A stretch of DNA of 64,000 nucleotides from positions 128,001 through 192,000 of IMG/VR virus record IMGVR_UViG_3300002895_000002. One strand, 5' to 3'. Shown in pieces: positions 1 through 8,767 of this stretch. The stretch is from a virus (taxonomy: Duplodnaviria > Caudoviricetes). Each line of letters starts with the position of its first letter. Position 1 is the stretch's first letter. The notes under the pieces are model-generated. The model searched no databases, was not told the DNA's origin, and saw only the letters and a list, made by a program, of their open reading frames with translations. The translations under genes and the position numbers were made by a program.

Positions 1-1
1 G

Positions 2-577
2 ATCGCAGAGTTCAAAGAGAGCCTCATCGACCAGATCGATGAATATCTCGGATACTTCGTTGAAGAGTTCACTAAGGAGAATGAGGCCCAAGTCAATGAA
101 GGCGTTCTGACCTCAGTTTCCAAGCGTGTTCTTGAGAACTTCAGCAGCATGGTTGAAGAATTCAACATGCAGCTCGCAGACCAAACCCTGGAAGAAGACA
201 AGAAGATACCCGAGCTTACCAAGCGGCTCAACGATGCAGTAACCAAGCTTGGTGAGAAGAATGCGGAGCTGCAGGAATCCCTCCGTGAACTGGCAATTCG
301 TGATCGTATGGATCTTGTCCCTGGTGTCATTGCCAAAGAAAAGTTCCGCAAACTGGCTGAGGGCCTTTCCTACACGCTGGGCGAGGAAGAGGAGTTTGTT
401 AGCAAGCTCAACTTCTTTGTTGAGAGCGTGAGGAGTGAAGTTACTTCTTCCGCCGAGAAGCTCGAAGAGCCCCAGGAAGTCGTTGAAGAAGGCACTAAAG
501 ACGAGAAGACCGTCATTACCGAATCTACGGAAGAGAAGCCGGCAAGTCGGATCACCGACTATCTGTCTCGGCTGTAA
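2..577 (+). CDS. gp22: Prohead core scaffolding protein, 5'-partial
   Basis: Frame open from nt 2 (IAEFKESLIDQIDEYLGYFVEEFTKENE..., like the gp22 'VDxYLxYVVEEW' motif); acidic coiled coil; directly upstream of the major capsid gene. Confidence 0.8.
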   Translation: MAEFKESLIDQIDEYLGYFVEEFTKENEAQVNEGVLTSVSKRVLENFSSMVEEFNMQLADQTLEEDKKIPELTKRLNDAVTKLGEKNAELQESLRELAIRDRMDLVPGVIAKEKFRKLAEGLSYTLGEEEEFVSKLNFFVESVRSEVTSSAEKLEEPQEVVEEGTKDEKTVITESTEEKPASRITDYLSRL

Positions 578-609
578 TTCCCATACAACACAAAGGAGAC
601 ATATCAGTC

Positions 610-2058
610 ATGACTAACAAAGAACAGTCCAAGATGCTCGTTGAGAAGTGGGACCAACTCATCGAGTCGCCGAAAGCGAAAGTTGTCGGCAACAAAGAGG
701 CAATGGCCCAGCTGCTCGAGAACCAGGAGAAGTACGTTCTTGAAGAAGCTCAGAACGTTGCTGGTGACGTTGCTCAGTACACCCCGATCCTCGTTCCTGC
801 TGTCCGTCGTATTTTCCCGAACCTGCTCGCCAATGAGATTGTCGGTGTTCAACCGCTGTCCATGCCGACTGGCTATGCATACGCTCTGCGTTACAGCTAT
901 GCTAAAGGTACTGGCGTTGCCAACCCGCAACTCGATCGTGGCATGACCAACCGCTTCAACCTCAATGCTAACAAGCCGCTGTTTGGTTCTGTTGCATTTA
1001 TCGTCGACGGTAACATTGTTGCCAACGAAGGCGACGCGGTAACTGATGCTGCTGCTGTTGCAATTGGTACCGTTGCTTACGTTGAAGACAACAAGGTCCT
1101 GGTACAACTGACCGCTCCGGGTGCCATTGCTGCTGGTGCAACTTCCATCGTTATTGGTGCGTCCACTTACCCGGTCACGTTTGTAATGGACAACGAAGCT
1201 GGTTTCAACCTCATCTTCAAGAACTATGCCCAAGTGCTTTCCACGGCACAAGGCGAGCAGCTCGGCAAGCCGGGTACTGACTTCCGTTCCATGAGGATGA
1301 GCCTGGAGCGTACGTCCGTCGAAGCAATGACCCGTAAGCTCAAGGCTGAGTACACCATCGAACTTGCTCAGGATCTCAAGGCCGTTCACGGTCTGGACGC
1401 TGAGCAGGAACTGATCAACATCCTCGAGTACGAAATCTCCGCAGAGATCGATCGTGAGCTTGTTGACCAGATCAACAGTATCGCTACTCCGGCTGCAGCT
1501 TGGTCCTACGGCTCCACCGGTCAATGGGCTGCTCCGGCTGCTCCGGCTGCTGATGGTCGTTGGGAGCAAGAGAAGTTCCGCACCCTGTACACCAAGATCG
1601 TCAAAGAAGCAAACGCGATCGCACTGACCAGCCGCCGTGGTGCAGGTAACTTCATCATCGCCTCCACCAACGTTTGCACCGCCCTTGAAGGCCTCAGCTC
1701 CTTCATGTACTCCGCAGTTCCGGGTCAAGTTCAGGCTACCCTCGGCGTTGCGAAGGTTGGTGTTCTCGACGGTCGATTCACTGTTTACCTCGACACGTTC
1801 GCAATGACTGACTACGTGACCGTTGGTTACAAAGGACCGGGCCAGTTCGATACCGGCGTCATCTACTGCCCGTATGTACCGCTTCAGCTGATGAAGGTAA
1901 CCGATCCGGAAACCTTCCAACCGAAGATCGCGTTCATGACCAGGGATGCCATCACGTCCAACCTGTTTGGTGCTCAAAATTATTATCGCACTTTTGCAGT
2001 CGACTTTACTGGCAGTTCGTTGGCCGGTGTTCAATTCTATTCCAGCCATAACTGGTAA
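610..2058 (+). CDS. gp23: Major capsid protein
   Basis: VRRIFPNLLANEIVGVQP, RKLKAEYTIELAQDLKAVHGLDAEQEL, GVIYCPYVPL are hallmark T4 gp23 motifs. Confidence 0.97.
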   Translation: MTNKEQSKMLVEKWDQLIESPKAKVVGNKEAMAQLLENQEKYVLEEAQNVAGDVAQYTPILVPAVRRIFPNLLANEIVGVQPLSMPTGYAYALRYSYAKGTGVANPQLDRGMTNRFNLNANKPLFGSVAFIVDGNIVANEGDAVTDAAAVAIGTVAYVEDNKVLVQLTAPGAIAAGATSIVIGASTYPVTFVMDNEAGFNLIFKNYAQVLSTAQGEQLGKPGTDFRSMRMSLERTSVEAMTRKLKAEYTIELAQDLKAVHGLDAEQELINILEYEISAEIDRELVDQINSIATPAAAWSYGSTGQWAAPAAPAADGRWEQEKFRTLYTKIVKEANAIALTSRRGAGNFIIASTNVCTALEGLSSFMYSAVPGQVQATLGVAKVGVLDGRFTVYLDTFAMTDYVTVGYKGPGQFDTGVIYCPYVPLQLMKVTDPETFQPKIAFMTRDAITSNLFGAQNYYRTFAVDFTGSSLAGVQFYSSHNW

Positions 2059-2075
2059 AAAGTAACACATATATG

Positions 2076-2113
2076 AGAAAAAAGGAAGCAACGAAACTTG
2101 CTTCCTTTTTTCT
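2076..2113 (+). terminator. Intrinsic terminator after gp23
   Basis: Perfect 16-bp stem AGAAAAAAGGAAGCAA/TTGCTTCCTTTTTTCT, 6-nt loop, T tract. Confidence 0.85.
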
Positions 2114-2148
2114 TGATTTTTTATATAAACTTAGTAAAATTATAAGTA

Positions 2149-3669
2149 ATGAAGACAAATACTGAACTTAAACAATTTATCAACGAAAAAATGAGAAGAT
2201 CTAATGGTCATCTCAACCCATATAAGTCCGAAAAATGGTTAAAAGAATTCCACCCAGATATTTTAGATGAAATTCTAAGATTGTCATCATTTCTTCCCAA
2301 AGATACACCATTTTCTCTAAGAATATATTGTATAGTTAATGATTTATATGAAATTCCAAAATGTGAATGTGGAAAAGATGTAAAATTATATCATTCTGGA
2401 TTTGCAAAATATTGTTCAAACCAATGTCATATGTCAAGCAAAGACAGAATAAACAAAATTAAAAAAACATGTATTGAAAAATATGGCACAGATAATGTAA
2501 GTAAAACTATCCATGTTAAGGAAAAAATAAAGCAGTCAAATTTAAAAACAAATGAATCTAGAAGTAAAAAAATAAGGGAATATCTAAGTAAAAAATACAA
2601 AGATCATAATATCTATTCATATCAAGAAGCAAATTTAGAACCACTAAATGATATATTTCAAAGTAGAAAATATCAACAATTCAGATGTATAAATTGTAAT
2701 CACCAATTTTCTTATATTCCTTTCATGCAGAATGGATTAAGATGTCCAAAATGCTTTCCCAAAAAAGAAAACAAAATTGAAATTTTACTCGAACAACATT
2801 TAAATAAACTAGGATTATCATTTATTCGAAATGACAGAACTCAAATAAACAAAGAACTTGATTTATTTTGTTCCGAACATAATTTTGCTATCGAAATAAA
2901 TGGAATGTTGTGGCATTCGTATGGGATATCAAAATATTCTTATCTAGATAATCTAATAAATGAAGATAAAAATAAACACATTAAAAAACTTAATCTTTGT
3001 AAAGAAAAAAATATTAGGCTATTTCAATTTACTGACATCGATATCTATAACCCTAAAAAATTAGAAATTATTTCATCAATAATAAATGTTTATTGTAATC
3101 AAGCCCAAAAGATTTATGCTAGAAAATGTGTTATAAAAGAATTATCACAGAAGGAACACGATGATTTTTTAGATGAGAATCATCTGATGGGAAGATGTAA
3201 TGCGAAGATTAGATTTGGTTTATTTTATGAAGATAAACTTGTTTTTGTGATGTCATTTTCAAAACCAAGATTCAAATCAAAAAATGAAAAATATGATTTT
3301 GAATTAATTAGGCTCTGTTCTATTAAGAATACAGTTGTGATTGGTGGATTTTCTAAAATTTTAAAATATTTAATTAAAAATAAAATAATTTTTGGAAATA
3401 TCATTAGTTATGTAGATGCATCATTCTCAGACGGAAAAGGATTTAAAACAAACGGATTCAAATTAATCAGACATTCAAATCCTAACTATGTCTACTATCA
3501 TCCATCTGGAAAAATTATAAAAAGATATGAAGCACAAAAACATAAATTATTAAAAATTTTAAATGATAAATTCGATCCTAATTTATCAGAAAAAGAAAAT
3601 ATGATCAATGCTGGTTATCGAATTTTTTATGATGCAGGAAATTATGTAATGACACTAAAACTTCAATAA
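2149..3669 (+). mobile_element. Free-standing homing endonuclease (Cys-rich Zn modules plus PD-(D/E)XK/Vsr-like domain and Hef-like C-terminus)
   Basis: Very AT-rich relative to its flanks; CECG..YCSNQC and CINC..CPKC; ELDLFCSEHNFAIEINGMLWHS; KIYARKC and ELIRLCS..VIGGFSK motifs typical of phage Hef-like HEGs. Confidence 0.75.
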
Positions 3670-3680
3670 CAAATATTACA

Positions 3681-3714
3681 GAAGGGAGGCTAAACAAATT
3701 GCTTCCCTTTTCTT
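3681..3714 (+). terminator. Imperfect intrinsic terminator after the HEG
   Basis: GAAGGGAGGC...GCTTCCCTTT followed by TCTT. Confidence 0.55.
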
Positions 3715-3780
3715 ATGACTTTTATATCAGATCCGAACCTGAGACCCGTTGATGGGGTGATAAATATGTTCTGACCAGGG

Positions 3781-3809
3781 TTGACAACGAAAAGGAAAGA
3801 AGGTATACT
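3781..3809 (+). promoter_or_regulatory. Sigma70-type promoter for uvsY
   Basis: TTGACA-17 nt-TATACT, 6 nt before the ATG at 3816. Confidence 0.85.
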
Positions 3810-3815
3810 CGAGAC

Positions 3816-4256
3816 ATGGAAAATAAAGACGAAACTACCTTGCTCGAAAAGGTCTATGCGAAGTTGAACGAGCTCCGGAAGGAAGCTGCGGAAGACATCA
3901 AAATAGACAAGGGGTCAATTGAAACCCAGTTCAACAGCCAGCAGAAGGTTGTGAAGTGGTTGAACAAGCGGATCGACTGGTATCGGTCTTATACGTCAAT
4001 CGAAGCCAAGCGAAAGGAAGCTTGGAAGAAGGCGTATGAATATTACCGGACTGATTACCCCATGAAGCTCAACAACGCTGAGGAATACCGGATGATGATC
4101 GAGTCAGATCCGACATATTCGGTGATTATGAACGAGGCGATTGCTATACAGGAAACCCTCTCATATATCGATTCGGTGATTGATGCTTTGAAAGGGCGAG
4201 CATTTGATGTATCCAATCTTTCAAAGTGGCTCATGTGGACCAATGGTAACAGGTAA
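3816..4256 (+). CDS. uvsY: Recombination mediator protein UvsY
   Basis: 146-aa helical protein (EDIKID..., YIESDP..., IDALKGRAFDVSN) next to uvsW as in T4-like phages. Confidence 0.75.
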   Translation: MENKDETTLLEKVYAKLNELRKEAAEDIKIDKGSIETQFNSQQKVVKWLNKRIDWYRSYTSIEAKRKEAWKKAYEYYRTDYPMKLNNAEEYRMMIESDPTYSVIMNEAIAIQETLSYIDSVIDALKGRAFDVSNLSKWLMWTNGNR

Positions 4257-4266
4257 GGAGAAACAA

Positions 4267-4737
4267 ATGAAGCTTGATTCGAGATTTGAAGCTCATTCAT
4301 TAACAAAAGCAATTCTGCCCTCAGTACTCAAAGGTCTTGGATATCTTTCCAGCGATGATTCAGAAAATGCCCGTCAGATGTACGGACCTCAGCAATTCAT
4401 CAGGGAAAGAGGAATAATTGGTTTGGTCCTTCCAAGACAAACCGGAAAGACCACTGCTCTCATTGATCTTTATGCTTTAATAAAGACTGCTGGGATGAAT
4501 GTTATCATTACCAGTAAATTCATAAGAATGAATGATAACATTCGGGCCAGAGTAATTGAGCGTTACGGTGTTGACCCAAGGGAGGATATGATTGAATACA
4601 CGAGACTCCCTGCTATCCTCATGGACGACAGAAAGGTGATTGACGTTGTTCTATGTGATGAGCACGACCCAGGGTCCCAGATCAATAATTTTCCTTCCCG
4701 AGCAACCAATACTCTCTTTGTGTTTTTCAAGACTTAG
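4267..4737 (+). CDS. Small hypothetical P-loop protein
   Basis: AAGGAG RBS before ATG 4267; LVLPRQTGKTT Walker-A-like motif and VVLCDE Walker-B-like motif. Confidence 0.55.
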   Translation: MKLDSRFEAHSLTKAILPSVLKGLGYLSSDDSENARQMYGPQQFIRERGIIGLVLPRQTGKTTALIDLYALIKTAGMNVIITSKFIRMNDNIRARVIERYGVDPREDMIEYTRLPAILMDDRKVIDVVLCDEHDPGSQINNFPSRATNTLFVFFKT

Positions 4738-4764
4738 CCAGCATTAAATAAAAATAATGATGAT

Positions 4765-4796
4765 ATGGGCGTAGAGAAATCTACGCCCATTCTTTT
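4765..4796 (+). terminator. Intrinsic terminator
   Basis: ATGGGCGTAGA-GAAA-TCTACGCCCAT then TCTTTT. Confidence 0.85.
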
Positions 4797-4857
4797 GACT
4801 GATACAAAATTCCCTTTATTTGCTTGGAAAAATCTTGATAAATATAAGTTTTAGCCA

Positions 4858-4923
4858 AATTTGACAGGTCCCGGATTTTCGTGTTATCCTTAAACCGTAG
4901 GTTGGGGCGGGGGTTCAATAGTC
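4858..4923 (+). repeat. G-rich promoter-containing repeat, copy 1 (inverted copy at 59044-59109)
   Basis: AATTTGACAGGTC (13 bp) and TGTTATCCTTAAACCGTAGGTTGGGGCGGGGGTTCAATAGTC (42 bp) are identical to the reverse complement of 59097-59109 and 59044-59085. Confidence 0.95.
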
Positions 4924-5010
4924 TTTATCCCTTATTATATCTGAGTCCTTTAGTTCCTCTCGAGATCCTCTAAGTCGCTTTAGATCCCATCTGTCTTGTC
5001 AAAAATCCCA

Positions 5011-5018
5011 TATAAATA
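5011..5018 (+). promoter_or_regulatory. T4-type late promoter for uvsW
   Basis: TATAAATA; (T/G)ATAAATA also occurs before many structural genes, e.g. near 22295, 31914, 36697, 47265 and 49069. Confidence 0.8.
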
Positions 5019-5039
5019 AAAGAAAACTCAGGGATTGTT

Positions 5040-6584
5040 ATGACAGACAGAAATCAAGTAACCATAACCAAGATAGATGAAGCAACGGTAGCTATTGACG
5101 CAAACCCCATCATCACTCAGGAGCTCATAAACTTCTTCTCGGTTTATGCTCCGAACTATCGTTGGGCCCCAGCATATAAGCAAGGTCACTGGGACGGAAA
5201 GATCCGGTTCTTCAACTACAGTAATCAGCTGCCCATTGGCCTTGTGAGTAAAGTAGCAGAATTCTGCCGCATGGGCCGGTATCCTCTCAAGATGGATTTC
5301 CAGACAGAGATCAAGCTGGACCAGACGGAGTTTACTCGGTTCGTTCATTCTCTTCATATCGTCGATGGAGATGGAAATCCGATGGAGCCGAGGGACTACC
5401 AGTTTATGTCTGCATTCGAGGCATGTTTCCGCCGACACATCTGCATGGAAGTTCCTACTGCTGGTGGTAAGACTCTGATCGCCTATATCATCGCTCGTTT
5501 CTTTGAGAAGATCGGGAAGAAGTTGCTTATCTGTGTCCCGAACGTATCTCTGGTCGAGCAGACCTACTCGGATTTCTTCTCGTATGGATGGGAAGACCTG
5601 TCTCAGTTTGTTCACATGATTTATTCTGGGAAAAAGAAAGATAGCTACTGCCCTGTGATTATCTCAACTTGGCAATCACTGCAACCAAAGCTGAAGGAGA
5701 ATCCTGAATATTTTGAACAATTTGATGGTTTGCTCATCGACGAAGCTCACGGAGCAAAAGCTACTGTCTTGAAAGACCTGACTGCTAAGTGTGTCAACGC
5801 TCAATGGCGTATGGGACTTTCCGGAACCTATCCAGACAGTAAATCTGCGGACTGGTACACAATCGTTGGTGGTCTCGGTCCGATCAAGAAATTCACTACC
5901 TACAAGGAACTCCAAGACAAGGGTCATATTGCAGGTCTGAAGATCTTTACTATCATTCTCAAGTATCCACTCTCAGTAAAAAGAGATTGCTACGAAAAAT
6001 GTGGGGATGATTATCACGTTCAGAACGATTATATCTACGGTCTTGAGTCAAGGAATGACTTCATAAAGAAGATGGTTTCTCAGCTCGACAAGAACGCTCT
6101 TGTTTTGTTCACAAAGATAGAAAAACATGGTGAGCCACTCAAGAAAATCTTGTCAACAATTCCCAAGAAGAGACTCATCTATATCGTAGGTGGAACTGAG
6201 GTCTCAGAACGGGAAATGAGTCGAGCTGTTGCTGAAAAAAGGGACGATGTAATTATTCTGGCCAGCTATGGCGTATTCTCTACCGGAGTGAACGTGAAAA
6301 ACATTCACTTCATTCTCTTTGCTTCTGGGTACAAGTCTCGGATCAAGGTACTCCAGTCTATTGGTCGGGGTCTCAGAAAGCACAAGGATAAGGTTGACCT
6401 TGTTCTCTACGATATTGTTGATGACATGAGCTTTACCAGCAAGAAGGACGAAATCCGGTTCATCAACCATTCCGTAAAGCATTTCAAGGAGCGGACGAAG
6501 ATCTATGATGAGCAGGGATTTACTCACAAGTATATCACCTACGAGATCAAAGACGAGAGCAAAACCGACCTAACAACTCTCTGA
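5040..6584 (+). CDS. uvsW: UvsW SF2 DNA helicase
   Basis: WDGKIRFF, PRDYQ, PTAGGKT, IDEAH, GLSGT, LQSIGRGLR motifs. Confidence 0.95.
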   Translation: MTDRNQVTITKIDEATVAIDANPIITQELINFFSVYAPNYRWAPAYKQGHWDGKIRFFNYSNQLPIGLVSKVAEFCRMGRYPLKMDFQTEIKLDQTEFTRFVHSLHIVDGDGNPMEPRDYQFMSAFEACFRRHICMEVPTAGGKTLIAYIIARFFEKIGKKLLICVPNVSLVEQTYSDFFSYGWEDLSQFVHMIYSGKKKDSYCPVIISTWQSLQPKLKENPEYFEQFDGLLIDEAHGAKATVLKDLTAKCVNAQWRMGLSGTYPDSKSADWYTIVGGLGPIKKFTTYKELQDKGHIAGLKIFTIILKYPLSVKRDCYEKCGDDYHVQNDYIYGLESRNDFIKKMVSQLDKNALVLFTKIEKHGEPLKKILSTIPKKRLIYIVGGTEVSEREMSRAVAEKRDDVIILASYGVFSTGVNVKNIHFILFASGYKSRIKVLQSIGRGLRKHKDKVDLVLYDIVDDMSFTSKKDEIRFINHSVKHFKERTKIYDEQGFTHKYITYEIKDESKTDLTTL

Positions 6585-6596
6585 TGTCAACCGAAT

Positions 6597-6625
6597 TTGA
6601 CATTCTAATGAAGTTCATGTATTAT
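6597..6625 (+). promoter_or_regulatory. Sigma70-type promoter for gp55
   Basis: TTGACA-17-TATTAT. Confidence 0.8.
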
Positions 6626-6668
6626 GGAATTACGATATAAGAACGCGATGTAACAAGGGAGTAACATC

Positions 6669-7130
6669 ATGGCGAAGCGGGAAAAGAATCACTTCATCTC
6701 CAACGCGAGACTCACGGAAATACTTGGAGCTTGGGCAGATGAATGTCGAAAGAAGAAGGAAAAGGATGAACCCCATCCCCCTATGCCAGACGAGGTTGCA
6801 ATAGCGATTCTCCGGATGGTTGAGAAGTATGGCAGGATGTCGAACTTCTCGGGATATACCTATCTTGATGAGATGCAGTCCGAAGCAATCCTTACCTGCG
6901 TTCGCTATGCTCACAACTTTGACAGAAACAAGTCGAACAATGCTTTTGCCTGGATCACTCAAATCATCCATAACTCATTCGTTGCTGTGATCAATGATGA
7001 AAAGAAGGAAGCCCAGAAAAAGTTTGAACTCACCAAAGAACTCAACCCAAAGCTTGGAAAGTCAGACTTCCACGATATCAAACTCGACGATTCAAATTCC
7101 ATCTCAATCCCGGAAGGATTTTTGAACTAA
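6669..7130 (+). CDS. gp55: Late-transcription sigma factor
   Basis: NFSGYTYLDEMQSEAILTCVRYAHNFD..NAFAWITQIIHNSF matches gp55; synteny with gp47/gp46. Confidence 0.93.
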   Translation: MAKREKNHFISNARLTEILGAWADECRKKKEKDEPHPPMPDEVAIAILRMVEKYGRMSNFSGYTYLDEMQSEAILTCVRYAHNFDRNKSNNAFAWITQIIHNSFVAVINDEKKEAQKKFELTKELNPKLGKSDFHDIKLDDSNSISIPEGFLN

Positions 7131-7131
7131 C

Positions 7132-8286
7132 ATGACAGAGTCTATAAACATTCCGATTCTATCGGATATACATTTCGGACAGAAAGCATTCAATAAATCT
7201 GTCTTTGAAATGCAGATGTACTTTTTTGAGAAGCAGTTTTTCCCTTGGTGTTTGAAGCACGGGGTCAAGTATGTCCTTCACGGTGGTGACTTGTTCCATA
7301 ATAGGAACATCATCGACTGGTACATCATGACCGAGGTGAAGAAGCGTTTCTTTCAGTGGTTTGATGATAATGGGATCGAATTCCATACTATAGTTGGAAA
7401 CCACGACAGCTATTACAAGTCCACGATTGAGACCAACTCCCCTTGTGCAACAACTGCAGAATTTAAGAACGTTCACATATATTCCAAGCAAACAGTCATT
7501 CAGCTCGGAAAATATACGTTCGGGATGGTTCCGTGGATCATCGACGAGCACAATGCTGTTCTTCCGAAAGATGTTGATGTTATCCTCGGTCACTTTGAAG
7601 CCAAAGATTTCCAGCTAATGAAGGGGATATATTCTACTGATGGTTTTGACCTAACCTTCTTCAAGCCATACAAGCTAGTCTTGTCTGGTCATTATCACAT
7701 CAAATCACATAAACAGAACTTCTACATGGTTGGCACCCAGTATCAAACGTCCTGGGGTGACCACGGTATTGAGAAGGGATTCTACGTCCTTCAAGATAAC
7801 TTCAAGATGAAGTATATCGACAACACCGTTTCCCCTCGGTTTGTTAAACTCTTCTATAGAGAGATTGACGGTGTAAAGCAAATTCGCACTGTGGGTGAAA
7901 AGGGTGAAAAGACCAGAGAAGTAGATGCCAGTGAAGCCATTCAGGTTGTAAAGAAGAATTACTGTAAACTGATTGTGGAAAAATCCACAGACCAAGCGGC
8001 ACTGGATTCATTCTTTACTTCCCTCCAAGCTCGGTCGAGGGATGGTTACAAAATTGAACTCATTGATGCAAACGAAGTTATAGAATCGTTTGACTTTGAT
8101 GAGATCGAACAAAAAATCGTTGAAGAATCTGATGTTTTTGATACGATACATACATTCGTGGGTGGAATGACATTTGATAGTGATATTGACAAAGATGTGA
8201 TCTTTGATGTGTTCCGTGTTTTGTACCGTGAAGCAGAGGAACAACATACTGAGATCCAACAACAAAGAAACGGGAGTAACGAATGA
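7132..8286 (+). CDS. gp47: Mre11/SbcD-like recombination nuclease
   Basis: SDIHFG, GGDLFHNR, VGNHD, SGHYH metallophosphoesterase motifs. Confidence 0.93.
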   Translation: MTESINIPILSDIHFGQKAFNKSVFEMQMYFFEKQFFPWCLKHGVKYVLHGGDLFHNRNIIDWYIMTEVKKRFFQWFDDNGIEFHTIVGNHDSYYKSTIETNSPCATTAEFKNVHIYSKQTVIQLGKYTFGMVPWIIDEHNAVLPKDVDVILGHFEAKDFQLMKGIYSTDGFDLTFFKPYKLVLSGHYHIKSHKQNFYMVGTQYQTSWGDHGIEKGFYVLQDNFKMKYIDNTVSPRFVKLFYREIDGVKQIRTVGEKGEKTREVDASEAIQVVKKNYCKLIVEKSTDQAALDSFFTSLQARSRDGYKIELIDANEVIESFDFDEIEQKIVEESDVFDTIHTFVGGMTFDSDIDKDVIFDVFRVLYREAEEQHTEIQQQRNGSNE

Positions 8287-8732
8287 ATATCAACAGAATC
8301 CTTCATCAAAAAGGCCTTTCCAAGTTTGATCTCTGCTACAAACGCTCCAGCACCGGGTTTCCTCTTCCAAAGCAAACAGTAATAACGGTGGTATGGTCCG
8401 CTGGTGTGTTTGAACCCCCACATGAAGATGAGTACGGAATAACCTACGGTATTTCCGTCAAGTGTGCTGCTGATGAGATCTACATCCCAAAGATCGGATT
8501 GACCCTGGCTGTTCGTCGTTATGATCAGTCCCCGGTTCGGTTCAAAGGAAAAATCGAGACCCTCAAAACGGAAGGGCAGTTTGACTCCAACAAGGTGCAT
8601 GGAGCAATCTGTCATTCCATTTTCAGTGAGATTTCTGAAGGCAATCTCAATCTCTTTAGTGAGAACAGCAAAACCAAGGATGATGTCCTTGCTATGTGCT
8701 TTGAGTTTTTTGACAACTCCGGTCTTCGATAG
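8283..8732 (+). CDS. Hypothetical protein
   Basis: 149-aa ORF overlapping the gp47 stop; no motif recognised. Confidence 0.6.
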   Translation: MNINRILHQKGLSKFDLCYKRSSTGFPLPKQTVITVVWSAGVFEPPHEDEYGITYGISVKCAADEIYIPKIGLTLAVRRYDQSPVRFKGKIETLKTEGQFDSNKVHGAICHSIFSEISEGNLNLFSENSKTKDDVLAMCFEFFDNSGLR

Positions 8733-8767
8733 TAAACTATAAACATCACTGGAAGTTAGGGGCAACG

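Noticed and set aside
1528-1551. Short GCTCCGGCT tandem repeat in gp23
   Set aside because: Simply encodes an Ala/Pro loop (AAPAAPAA).
604-2091. Long antisense ORFs (495 aa opposite gp23, 366 aa opposite gp32, and others)
   Set aside because: Shadow frames produced by biased codon usage of highly expressed + strand genes; no motifs and no RBS.
4997-5003. Minus-strand TTGACA near uvsW
   Set aside because: No -10 box at a suitable spacing.
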